From Nemertoderma westbladi (taxonomy: Eukaryota; Animalia; Xenacoelomorpha), in the NCBI GenBank assembly GCA_032718475.1, contig JAUCBJ010005047.1:1-64000 (forward strand): 64,000 nt of DNA, in the 5' to 3' direction. Made by a program: the position numbers and the translations under genes. The number at the start of each line of letters is the position of its first letter. Positions within the stretch are counted from its first letter, which is position 1. This document shows, one piece after another, positions 41,747 through 54,296 of this stretch. Below the pieces are notes generated by a model. The model saw nothing but the letters and a program-made list of their open reading frames with translations. It had not been told where the DNA came from and made no database searches.

Positions 41747-44700
41747 TTACCAAAATGGGCACCATCCAATGTAACTTTGACATAAGTTCTCGTTACTTGT
41801 CGCCTGATCGATTAATTTATCCACTTGCAGTTCGATGCTGAGTGTAGACAGATGCCTCATTTCGTTCTCTTGATTACCTACAGGTACTTGTCCACGAATT
41901 ATATTTGGATTATCGTTTAATGGATTAATATTTACTGTATCGTCATTTGTGAAATCCAGTCCTGTCAATTTGTCCTTCACGCGCTTTATTATAGCCACAG
42001 CTTTCTTATTGAGAAGTTCGGGCCGTTGACCCTCAACTTGAGCTCCATTGCGATCATTCGCTATACGTGACGTTGAAAGGATAGTATCGGCAATGGATTC
42101 ATCATCAAGGCCATCGGTTGAATGACGTGTCATTGTTGTATGAGTGGCGCCAGCTACTCGTTTCTTATTGTTGTCAACGAGCCTCCACAAGTGAAGTGGA
42201 TCGTAGACGAATGCCTCTAATACTGCCATTACACTGTCTCTATTTTGACGCAAAACTGCCATGACTGATGCGCAGGTCTTTCTATATGTTCCATCAATAC
42301 CAGTAACCTCCATTGCCTTAGTTAGCATGCGCGTAAGACGAAATGGTATCTTTTCAGGGAATTTTTCCCTATGCATCGCGACTTCGAAACAATCACCAAA
42401 GTCAATATGTAGGATTCTGCCATTATCTCGTTTCATCATAAGATTGGAAGGGTGGCGATCCCCCAAGCCCAATATATATCCAACAATACTCATTACTGCT
42501 AGACTACGAATATAATTTGTTCTTCTCTCAAACCAAACCTCTGAGCTGGGACTTCTCATCCAAAGTATCTTTGAAAGATCATCACCATGTGTGTGCTCCA
42601 GTGCATTTTCAAATACCTCAACTTTTTGAATTCTCGTGAGATGGTCATAGTCAGGGGCCATTCGAAGCATTATGCGGTGCTCAATATTTAACAAAATTTT
42701 TTTACGGTCACGATATTCTCTAATCAAAGCATGGAATGTATCACAATTTGGTACCCATCCCAGTAATCCAGAGTTAGTTGACAGTGGTACTACAGAATAT
42801 CTTTGGATACAATTGAGTTCGCGACTGCATGTGTCTGGATCATTGGCTAGAAGGGAATTCACCAGCCCAAATAACTGCATTACTCGTTCATCTTGCCTCA
42901 AATCTTCATGGCCCTTCAATAAGAATTGATACTCCTTTCCATCTGATCCAAATATGGATATTTTTCGTGGCCTTTGTTTTGATGTAATAACCTGAAGTGT
43001 TTGGTGGCAATGGCTGATTCTTATTATTGATTTGTTGGCTTCATAAGTTCCTGGAACTGCCAATTCGAGATTATGTGATGTTAGAAGATTAGGTGAAACA
43101 TATTGAAGTTCGAGTGAGGTCAATTGAGGCAATTGTTTGGAAATTCGCCGAAATACATGATAATACAAATCCCAAGCTTGAGTTAGATCCTTCGAATTCT
43201 GTGATTGTTTATATTTGCGACACCATTCTCGAGCTTGCCTTAAATCTGTTCCATATGCCTGGTTGAATGATGTTTCCTTGACAGTGTGCATCCCCCTTTC
43301 CATCATATCATGCAATGGTTCCAAAGTACGAAACATTCCCTGTATATTTCGTTCTCCGAAGTATAATCTAGATGCCTCTTCCAGGCCTTCATGCCACAAT
43401 TCATGCCAAAGAATAGCTACTCTTATTAGCTCTTCACTGATCATTTTTGCTTGATTGACTAAACCACCACTATGTTCACACATGTTATTTAAAATTTTAT
43501 TTGCTGCTTTAATACGAGGCTTCTCTCTGGCTTTTTCTGTACTAGTTATTGGAATTGGCATACGTAAATCATCATTTGATTTTGCTGCTACACACAAGGG
43601 ATAGACAAGAGCCTGTGGATGATGCTTGCCCACCTCCATCAAAAGACTAGAAATTAATTTCACCACCTCATTCTTATGGTGATCTAGCCTTGCTATTGTT
43701 TGCGGTATAACCTGAAGCCAAACATCTATACTCAGACCCTTAATAGCTTCCTGCAAAGCATCTGACACAGACTCTGTGTGACCATAAGCAAACCAAATAG
43801 TGAGCAGTCGTAATGCATTTTGTAATGAATTTGCACGGGATAAGTTGATAGCTCGTGTGTAACATTTTACAGACATTGCTGAAAGTTTGCTTAGATCATT
43901 ATCATCACCCTCAAATACATCATCCATATCATTTGCTGTATTGTGTGAAGTACCAGCTGTAGATATTTCATCATTGGGTGACATTTCTGCAAATTTGTCA
44001 CCATTTGATAGCTTAATACTTGATTCTTTTTTACAACCATTATCATTTGCAAACTTTCGCCAAACAACTACATCATATGTTTTCTTGGCCAATGCATGCC
44101 AGGCTTTATAACACTGCTCATCATATATAGTTGATTGTTTGTAATGATCAAGAATTGTATTATATGATTCTTGTTGAAGATTATCCATGATATATAGCCA
44201 AAGCCCAAGCTTAAAGTAACATCGTGATAATAACTTGCTATACTCATTCCTTTCAGCATGGCACTTTGCTTCCTCAACTGCAGTCATATGAGTTGTTATA
44301 GGGCTTAATGTAACTTGTTTTTCTCGTACAGCTATGTCTTCCATCAGAGACTTATATCTTGGAAGCAATTGTGTGAATACAAATGTTTCCATATACTTGT
44401 ATGTTGTTCGCTTTTGAATTGATTCTGCTGCAATGTCTAATGAGCCTGACCCAGATTCATCCCACATGTGCTTAATATAAGCATATGTAACTGAAGGTGT
44501 TTTAATATCCATAAATATGTCATGGAAATTGATAGGCTTTACCCTTGATGTACTTCCACTATAATTTAAATCACGTATAATTAAATCCTGGAGAAGTCTC
44601 TTACTAAGATTCATATTTCTGTTCCTACCACTACGGCAGAGACTAGCATATTTAATGATGGGTCTAGGATCAAAGTTATCCTTCTCCTCTGCACTATCGA

Positions 44701-47700
44701 CAAGGCTACGAACTGTTAAAATTTTTTGCCAATCCTCAGCATACTTTCTATTGCCCTGTAATCTACTCCACCAAATTTCACGAATGGCACTTCGCCTATC
44801 CAATGTCGCAGCCTTATATTCAATAATTTCCTCCAGCTCAGAAAGCATCTGTACATTTAGCAAAATAGTATAGGCTCTGCGGTAACTTTCACCAACCATT
44901 ACCATTATATCAGTATCTAACATATCTCTGGCCTGATTTATAAATCTTTGAGCATCATTCATTCTTTGAAGATTAATTGAGTAAACAGCATTTAGAAACA
45001 AACCATCATAATTATCCCTATCTTTATCTAATACGGCTACGCATTTTGCCATTTGATCCCAATCCTGCTTGTTCCAGGCACCATATGCACTAATTTTAGC
45101 CATATTTTTTTTCATTTCATCGTTTACATTATCCCATTTAGACTTTGTAAGCTGATGTACCTTATCCCAGTCCCCTAGTGCTTCAGAGCAACGCATTTGT
45201 CCGAGAACAAGACTATTGTCATTTGGATGTTGTTGGGCTTTAAACTCATAAGCCGCTGCTGCCTTCGACCAGTCCATTAATTTCTCATACCATTTATCCT
45301 GAAACTCTACTCCTTTGGTATGTTTTGCATATATCACCACACCTTCTGCTGCTTCAGGAAGCTGTAATTTGTTATTGACACTAATAAGTGCATCAACAAC
45401 TTCAGTACTAACACCAATTTGAAATTGACTTTCATAATAGTGCAAAGCCTTTGCATATGAGCAACAATTCATTGCCTGGTCACCCAGAAATGATGGTTCC
45501 AGAGGAAGAGGTCCCCTATCACAGTGCTCCATGAACTCTGTAAGGTCTAAAAGGACTTGTGTAATATCTGGTAGATCTTGATTTTTCAACGCCAGGTGTA
45601 AATTTTGTGAAAGCTCATCCTGCTGAACTTCATTCAGTTCACTCCAACAAGAGACAAATGCACTGTTAAAAAGGGCCTTAGCTGCAGGAGGATATGCTTG
45701 TGCTAAAGTACAACATGCTCGTAAAGCAGGTGATGGGGATTCTTTGATTAATTGAACTCCTAGCCGCCGAACCCACTCTGCCCAGTCATCTCGAGAAACG
45801 CGTCGTGTTGAACCCCAAGCTTGTTGCAGACCTGTTACATTTACAGACAACTTTTTAGTACTTTCATTTGAAGTTGATAATAAAGGATCATCAAGTACTG
45901 GCATCACAAGCATAGGTGACTTAATAGCATGTAATGACTGTTGGTGTTCATATTCTCTAAATATTGTAGGGTGTATAATTCTTTCTATTAATATATCATA
46001 TGTATTAGATACAATCTTGTGTTTATTAAAAACCTTATTTACCATTGGGGAAAAAACCTTAAACTGCTTTCCCATTTGTTCAATAACAGCACAGAGTGTT
46101 AATACTGCCATTGGCCGTAATTCCGATACCAAGTCAATCGTTCTGGTTAAGGAGTGTATTAAAATAGATGAATAGTCTGTCAAATCTAATGATTTAGTAA
46201 ATACTTTAATGGTTTCTAATGCTGCATGTCTCACTTGCACTGGATTATCTCCTCTGTCATATAATCCAACTATAGGTGGGAGAACAAGATGTAAATAATC
46301 ATCTAAATTTGATTCAAACAAGTGCATTGTTTTCAATAATTTGAGTGTAATGTATCTATTTTGACTTTTATCATTTACAAATATTCTCAACATATGTGGT
46401 ATTATCTTCGGGAGATATATTTTGAAATCACCTTGTAATGCTTGTGTTATTTGCTCAATAAGAGCTATTAAGGTGTTCTGAATAGGGCTGTTAACTTGCC
46501 ATTGATCCTTGATAATGTGAACTATTTCACCCATATAATTTCTGGCATGTTGCTTTACAATTGAAATCAATGTGCCAAGATTTTGAAGCAAAAATTCTCT
46601 AATGTTTGGGTCAGCGTTTTTCACAACCTCAATGTATGTTGGCATAATCTGTGGCAAAAAAGTAACACATTTTGTGCCGAGTGTTTTAAATATAAACATA
46701 ACAGCCTGTACAACCATACTTGTATAGTGTGTTAATGAATTCTCTCTCATTATTTTCATTAATGTAGTAATTGAAACAGAGATGTAATGTTCATCTAAAT
46801 TGTCCTGGCATGTATATAGGGATAGGTGATTAACATTTGCAAGTTCAACATCATAATCATCTCCTGGTTTGATTCCTATTGAAACCTGCGCCCAACCTTC
46901 AAGTTCAACATCCTGCATAGTACCAGGTTTGTACCGATATGGATCTAAAGCACCAATTATGCCTACAACTCGAATAACTTCCCTTTTTACATCATGTGAT
47001 TGTTCCTTTTTTAACATTTCGAGAAATATATCCATTAAACATCTGTGTTTTAAATAAGGTTCTACAACATATCCTGTGTATTTAGCTAATTGACCCATGC
47101 AGCATATAGCAGCCATTCGTTTCTCCATATTACCAGCATCTTGCAAAATATCAATGACAGATGGCATCAATTCATCAGCCCATGCTTGCATTGCAACACC
47201 ACTGACAACAGCTTGACTGCCAACGGCTTGGAGTAGACTTACAACCACATCAGAGTGTTGTTCTGTCTTTATTTTTGGCGCAATTGACTGCATTATAGAT
47301 TCACTGTATGGCCTAACCAGGGTGGGTGCACTGTCAATTAGTGTGCACAGGAGTGTGGCACTTTGATCTCGGTTCCTTCCGAAACTTGAGTGTTCTAATT
47401 CGGTTAGAGTTTGTATTAGGAATTTTCTTAAACAGGGCATTACATAAGCAGGATTTACAATGCATAGGCGTCCTACAATTTGCACAGCTAAATTGCGTAT
47501 CTCAAAAACTTCATCATGTAAGGCTATAAATAGCGATGATAAATTGTCAGCCTGCGCAAGATGGCGGTCAAAATGCGATACTAATGATTCCAAACCACAT
47601 TTGCGAATATCAGAATCTGTATCAGTTATGCCTAATGATAAGATCATTTTGAGGACAATTGAAACCCTTTGTACTGTTGAATAACTAATGGTATTCTGGC

Positions 47701-48764
47701 TATGTTCTTTGCACTCATTTTGCAAAATGAGACATAGAAGATGACTGCAGGTCTTTATTGCTTCATTTCTGATCTGCTTGTTTCCATTATTCAAGAATTG
47801 ATTTGAGCAAACAGATATGAAACAATCCAATTGTTTTGTATCTAATTTAAATCGTTGAAGTGTTTGTAAAGCTAAAATGATGCTGTTAACATCTCCTTGC
47901 ACTTCAGGTATCCCCACATTAGTAGAAGGTTGGCTGGAGTTCTGTTTTGTTCGGTATGCAACGCCTGTCAAAGAAAAATGGATGGCGTTCACAAGTTTAT
48001 GATTGACACTCATCACAAGAGCTCTGTCATGAACTTTTCTTAAACTGAAAAATGTGTGGATTACAGGTGTACTTAATCCCATAGATAACAATGGATTAAG
48101 TATTTCTATAAGTTCTTTTGCAATATGACCCTGCAGTGCCCTCCCCAGTAAGCCAATGCATATAAAAATTGCCGGATCTACAAAATAAACACCCTTGCCT
48201 TTCTTTTTACTCTCCTCTCTTCCAGGCAAGTATGTATATATCGCATCCATTATTAGAGGCTTAAATGAAATAATGTCTGTCTTGGCAAAGAGTGCAATTA
48301 TACCAATAGCTCTGAACGCATTTATCTTTTCTTTACCATATCGTACAGAAGTAATCAGGTAATTCATACATTCGTCAACATCTTTTGATGATATCAATTG
48401 CTCATCATGATATCCAAATGCCACCAATCTTGCTATAACTTGAAACATCACCTCATGTATAATGTTTGATTTATCAGATTTGTGGTTCAATACTTTTTTG
48501 TAAATAAAAGAAAAATTCTGATGTATTAGATTCTGGCATGTTTTACTGCTGCTCAAGTCATGGTGTGGCAAGTACTGTTGTTGATCGGATATTTGTGTGT
48601 CGGCCTCAAGCCATAAATTATCAATATCTCTTTTTGTGGTTGATAGAAATCCTAATCGAAGCAATTCATTGAGTATCAACAGTCCTCCATGTACTTTTTC
48701 CTCCTTGACCCCATCTATGCAGGCAGTTGGAACTGTCATTGTATTATGAAATAATTTCTCGTAG
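41747..48764 (-). CDS. MTOR: Serine/threonine kinase TOR, coding exon 2 (HEAT, FAT, FRB, PIKK kinase, FATC)
   Basis: FRB RVAILWHELWHEGLEEASRLYFG...DLTQAWDLYYHVFRRI; kinase FLLKGHEDLRQDERVMQLF, GLGDRHPSN, IDFGDCFE; C-terminus YIGWCPFW*. Acceptor TTTTTTTTGCAG ends at 48765 and is in frame. Confidence 0.98.
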
Positions 48765-49232
48765 CTGCAAAAAAAACATTCTTATTTTAAATAACACAAT
48801 GTTAACTGTATATACCTTCTTAGTAATTCTTACAATCGAACGTATTTACGTTATGCACGCTACGTCACGCAAAGGAAAATAAAAACTTACATATATACAA
48901 TACAGTATGGTAAATATATATCTATAGGTCTAATCGGTGATCTGATCAGATCAATAGTGGTTCAGTGTCACTCAGGCAGGAGATGAAATTCTAATACAAC
49001 TGGACCTAATTCCAAATTCAGCAGTTATCCTTAACAATTGCTTTAACAAACCTAACAAAACCCCAAAACTAAAGGATGGCTGTATTGTATTGAGCAATTG
49101 TCCACCACCCACAATATTTGAATTAAGTAACTATATTACTGTATTTTACCTACTTACAACTTACACTTCCCAAGTTATTGCCTCCCCTAGCCTTATGTAG
49201 TTAAGGTACCGGTAATACATTAAAACACATAC

Positions 49233-49873
49233 CATTTTGATACAATTGCACCTTTATATTCTCGTTGAGCCATTAACATTAAACACGACCTCAATGCAAA
49301 GACAGCACTCTCTCTTACTGCCTGCTTGTAATCGCATATGGCAACACCTATGTTCTCAAAGACATCTCGGATGTGCTGGTAAAAGAAAGTGGGTGCATTG
49401 TCAGCTAATTCTCTGAGAACTAATACAGCTGCATGTCTCCTCCCCTCATTCCTCTCTTCCTGAAGCGATTCCACTGCCTTCTTGACTTCAAATTCAACGT
49501 ATTCAGATGTGAATGAACCTCCAGACAAAGCTAATCGTCCCACAACTTTGGCTGCCATTTCCATTACGGACTGATCATGGAAAGGTAAAGAATTTCGTAA
49601 ATAATTTGCATATCGAGAAGTTCTCATTGTGTTTCCTATATCATGACCTATGAGGCTATCTATAGCCAAAATTCCACCCTTTTTGTCATGTGCATCTGAG
49701 CTGGAAACCATTTCAAATATTTGATGATTTAAATCATCCAGAAATGCAATCTGTTCTTCCTTTGGCGCATCACATAATTCTGTGATAACGTACATTTTTA
49801 AGTTATTGGCAGATTTATTTCTCGCATCTTCATTTCGACTTTTCAAAGCCGATGTAAATGAACTTGCCTTCAT
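49233..49873 (-). CDS. MTOR: TOR coding exon 1 (N-terminal HEAT repeats)
   Basis: LKSRNE, LNHQIFEMVSSSD..KKGGILAI, YVEFEVKKA and RRHAAVLVLRELA. Donor GTATGT at 49232. A 468-bp phase-2 intron joins ...IVSK-C-YEKLFHNTMTVP. Confidence 0.95.
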
Positions 49874-49951
49874 TGTTAATAGATTATTGAATTAACATTA
49901 TTGACATTATGATTATTACCGGTACGTCAAGTCAACACCTACCACTACTGC

Positions 49952-50230
49952 TGATTGATTGATTGATTTTATTTTCCAAATAACATTAAAAACAAATTAA
50001 ACACAAGATTTAACACGGTACTGGTAATATTGATTACAATATGTAAGTTAATGATATGTCATGAACAGAAAGTAATTCCTGGTGATACAAACATTTATTA
50101 GAGACAACAGACAATACATAAATAACTACTGTAGGTCATTCATTAGGCGTAAATAAGTTCCTGGTGGTGTGGCGGTGGGATAAAGTCTAATTAAATTAAA
50201 TAAGCATACTAAAAAATCTAAAAAAGTTTA
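49952..50230 (-). mobile_element. LINE-like 3' tail/UTR remnant
   Basis: Minus strand AATAAA followed by (ATCA)n. The far (5') boundary is uncertain. Confidence 0.45.
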
Positions 50231-50291
50231 AAGACTGCTAAAAAATAATCGTTGTACGCATACCCCTAAAAAATATATTGTTACTAAATTA

Positions 50292-50531
50292 CTACTTAGG
50301 ATCGGCACGCTGCATTGCAGCTACATTTTTAAGAATGCTGTGCCGGCTTGTCGACAAAATTGCGCTGCCACAACTACCTATAACCCATGACATTTGCTAG
50401 ATCATCCGCATCTTTAAGGCCAGTGTCCTTTAAGATGCGTCTCAAGAAAGTCATGGGCTGTCCACCATGCTTATTCACTCCATGAGGCTGGCTGGTCCTC
50501 ATGGCGAAAGCATTGTCCTGCAACTAAATCC
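50292..50531 (-). mobile_element. Short RTE-family 3' fragment with 13-bp TSD
   Basis: Matches the 3' end of the 16115-17606 element with an internal deletion. TSD TGTTACTAAATTA at 50279-50291 and 50532-50544. Confidence 0.88.
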
Positions 50532-51039
50532 TGTTACTAAATTAAAAATTACTGACTCTGAAAATCTGAATATTAAAATTAAAGACAGCTGAAAGGTACT
50601 GTATTATTGTTACCAAATTAATTACAAATCAAGCTCAAATTAAATTTATACTGTACAGTAGTAGTAGTAGTAGTTGCACCAATTGCGTTCATTAAAAAGT
50701 TTTACAACCATTCAATATTCGTAGTTTTCATAGCTCTATTAAAGTTACTGTATTAAAATATTATTATTAACTCTAAAATAAAAATATTTTTAAGTATAAA
50801 AAAATATTACATTGGCAAAAAATACAGCTGCACCAAGTTTGATTGTTAAAATGGAGGGATTATCCTTATGCGGTAAACCGCGTTTCCATAAGGGTCCCAA
50901 CTAATAGTAATTGGTGTATTCTGGCGGTAGTAAGTAAACTTATCGACTGTGACTGAATTAAAAATAAAAATATAAATTATACGAAGTAAGGTGTGCTACA
51001 GTAGATTAACGTAAAAATAAAATAAAAATATATAAAATT

Positions 51040-51940
51040 GTTTTTATTAATTAAGTATAAAAAGTGGATGTCTGAGTCTAAAAAGTCTGAGTTAACAACA
51101 AGTTTAGAAAAGCTCGGGCTTTAAATTGAGAGTTTATTTAAAGATGGTGTGTTCGTTTATTAAAAGTTTTATACGATTTGAGTAAAAAGAAAAATATATA
51201 TTATTAGTTAATAAATGAATGCCGATATTGAATGGTTGGTTAATTTTTCTAGGTACCGGTAGTATTTCTTAACGTTATGTTTGGAAACAATTAAAGAGGT
51301 TGAGTCTGTGATGGTGGCTGGGAGTTCATTCCACATCTTTGGACCGAGGAAGCTAAACGTATTCTGGTCGTATAAATGTATTTCTTTGAGGGACCGAGGC
51401 TGGTTCGTTGGTTGATCGCAGACACTAGGTGGACTCGCGGAAGTGTATAAGATCGATTAGGTACTGAGGTGCTTGACCGTGTTTTACCTTATACATCCAG
51501 GAAAGGATAACAGCCTCGAGACGTTGTTGTAGAGGGAGCCAGTTAATGTCCACGTAATGGGCAGACTCGATATGCGCTCTGGGTCCGAGGCCCAAGCAGA
51601 ATCGAACGCACTTCTGCTGGAGGGCTTCGAGATGCTGGCGAAGTCTGGCTGAAATAGTGAAAAACCACGTAGAGCTGTAGAGGCCGCATAGTCGAGATGG
51701 GGCTGAATAAGAGAGTTACAAAGCATTATGCGAATGGATCGGACGAGAATCTGGGCGTTTCGATGAAGAAACTTCAGTCTGGTGTTGCCTCTTTTTAATA
51801 TTTTAGTTGCCATTTCCTCACCAGTTAATCGTTGATTTATTTATGTTCCCAGGTAGGTGACGCATTTCCGGTTTGGTATGCGTTTCTCACAGCAATAAAC
51901 TTCCAACTCTGATGCAGTAGAAAGTCGTTGGTGAGTCCTG
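51040..51940 (-). mobile_element. Degenerate L2/Crack/Daphne-like LINE 3' portion
   Basis: VTYLG..., RLKFLHRN...SLIQPHLDYA, then frameshifted LQQKCVRFCLGLGPRAHI...NWLPLQQR...GQAPQYL...FSFLGPKMWNELP. Confidence 0.8.
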
Positions 51941-52294
51941 AAACCAACCGGTGCCAATAGCGGTATTGATTTTATTTAGTTTAGGCTTTAGCCTTTAGGC
52001 ATACCCACCCACCCAGCCCAGCCCATCCAGTCTAGTCTGCCAGTTTAGTGTAAAATTTATTTCATTGCTGTACGTATTGAACAACGAAGTTCACACACTT
52101 ATGCAACAAACAAAGTTTATAAAAGCACTATTTTGGGGGCGTCTATACACTATCTGACTTTATACACACTAGGCTTACACTATCAGACTATATCAGTATA
52201 ATACAGCTATAGGAATAACAAAACCTAACGAATACCGGTAGGGTAGGTACAGAAATACGTTAGTATACAAATAATTAAATAGTTATATTACCGG

Positions 52295-53952
52295 TGTAAC
52301 AGAGAATTTTCACTCCCCATGCAAAATCACCCCCGGTTAAAATTCCCTAGTGTATTCTCACTCCCGGGGTGTATTTACCAGTGTATTTTAAACCCCTCCA
52401 GTGAAAACTCACCCCTGCATTATCAATTTTCTTTTCATTCTCAATTTAGGGAAAGGAGTAGGTTACAGAGGCACATTTATTTAACCAACTCATATAACCA
52501 GCTCACAATTTAATGACACCTGTATTTGAAAACAGTCGGTTTGCCTACTTTAAATGCTGAAATGTTAAAATTTTCGTGTTCGCTACGCTCGCATCTTGAT
52601 CACATCTACATTTAAAAACAGTCAGTTGACGTTGACCTACTACTAATACTACAGCAGTACAGTACTATCTCAGTACCTATCTGACTATTACTGTCAGATG
52701 TATTTATGTTAACATAATTGTAAAATTTCCTTGCTCACTACGCTCGCATTTTAATGTTAAAATACTGTAGGGCTACACAGCTGACACAGCATTATAAACT
52801 GATAAATTATTACAATTCAGCAATTACTGCAAAATTTCATAGTCAATTGTTGGCTTGGCGCGCATTGGATATCATCGGTCCGACGAATCTGTACAAAAAA
52901 GTACAAAAAAATACATAATAGTACAATATAGTACAAAAGAGTACAATAAAGTGCAAAAATAGTACAAAAGAGTGCAAAAATAGTACAAAAGAGTACAATC
53001 GACTAAGAAACGCATACAAAACGTGTATACCAGTGTAGTATACACTACACTACACTACACTTGTAGGCCTATACAAATATAATTAATTGTAAGCAAATGC
53101 AACGGCACCGAAATATGCGCTGCTACCGGTACAGTGTCAATCACTAGCGGCCTTGGTTCTGTGGTCAGTATGAAATGATTGACATAACTTTGATTCATGT
53201 AGATTTTGACAGGCATACAAGTAGAAATAGGCTTCCTACAGTTCGTATAATACAATATAATGCAATACATACCATGCAGTGGGTAGATAAAACTCCTAAC
53301 TGAGATTCAAAATTTAGGTCATAGTCTTAAAGTAGCCCATATACTGAAGGATAGACTGTATTCTACATTATATGTAGGCTATGTGTGTACGCCTCTATCT
53401 GCAACTTTATTGAGTTCTCCCTCTGCAATTTTGCGGACTTGGGAGCGTTTTTTGAACACAAAAAGCTGCATTAAAACACAGCTAGATCAGCCCCCGCTCA
53501 ATGCATGGCTCGCCCCACAATCAGACAATGCTTTGTTTTATTTTGCACATCATGTGCGCCCCTCTAAACGATTTGAACTGCAATTGGATACACGTTTTGC
53601 AAGCGTTTCTCACTCGTTTGTACTCTTTTGTACTATTTTTGCACTCTTTTGTACTATTTTCACACTTTATTGTACTCTTTTGTAGGCCTATTCTTTTTTT
53701 GTACTATATTGTACTATTTTGTATTTTTTTGTACAAATTCGTCGGACCCGATAGGTCCCTATCATGGCTGGCGCGATTTTCGTTTAACCAGAACGCGTGT
53801 GGCGCGCTTTTTGTCAGTATTCCATATAGCAGTATAGGGCCCTAGTCAATTCTAACTGCTGAACTGGGGGTGAAGACTGAAAATACACAATACAGTGAAT
53901 TTTAACCGGGGGGGGGGGGGGGGGGGGGGGGGTGTGGAAATTCTCTGCTGCA
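52295..53952. mobile_element. Non-autonomous Ginger1-like DNA transposon
   Basis: Termini TGTAACAGAGAATT / AATTCTCTGCTGCA with further TIR similarity (CCCGGTTAAAATTC). 4-bp TSD CCGG/CCTG. Contains an internal inverted repeat (52850-53035 vs 53585-53775). Confidence 0.65.
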
Positions 53953-53986
53953 CCTGTACAACGTATTATCTGATTAGTGATTATTA

Positions 53987-54296
53987 CTCCTATCAGCCTA
54001 TTGAAAAGTTTTATTTTCAAATATTTTTTGTGCAAAAAGTCTTGCGCCGGCTTGGTGAAAAGCTACCTACGCCAGCAATTCAAAAATCGCGCCGAGCGCA
54101 GCATCTCTCTGCAGCTCTGCGCCTGCCAGCCACAGCCAGCGCCAACCCTTTCAGAACTTTACCCAGCAGCCCGGTCTGCAGGTGTAGCATCTAGCATATT
54201 TTTTTGCCAGCCAGCCAGCCCGCTCCCGGCAGCCCAGCGCAAGTTGAAATCAGAAGTGCAAACCTTATAAAACTTTTCAATAGGCAGATAGGGCAG
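53987..54296. mobile_element. MITE (~310 bp), TA-flanked
   Basis: TIR CCTATC(A/T)GCCTATTGAAAAGTTTTAT at both ends. Confidence 0.75.

Noticed and set aside
42261-47684. Short + strand ORFs within mTOR
   Set aside because: Antisense shadows of the TOR coding frame.
53383-53520. TWERFLNTKSCIK as possible next TBC1D1/4 exon
   Set aside because: Lacks the KLDYEE and GVP motifs and a convincing acceptor, and lies inside a TIR element; likely chance.
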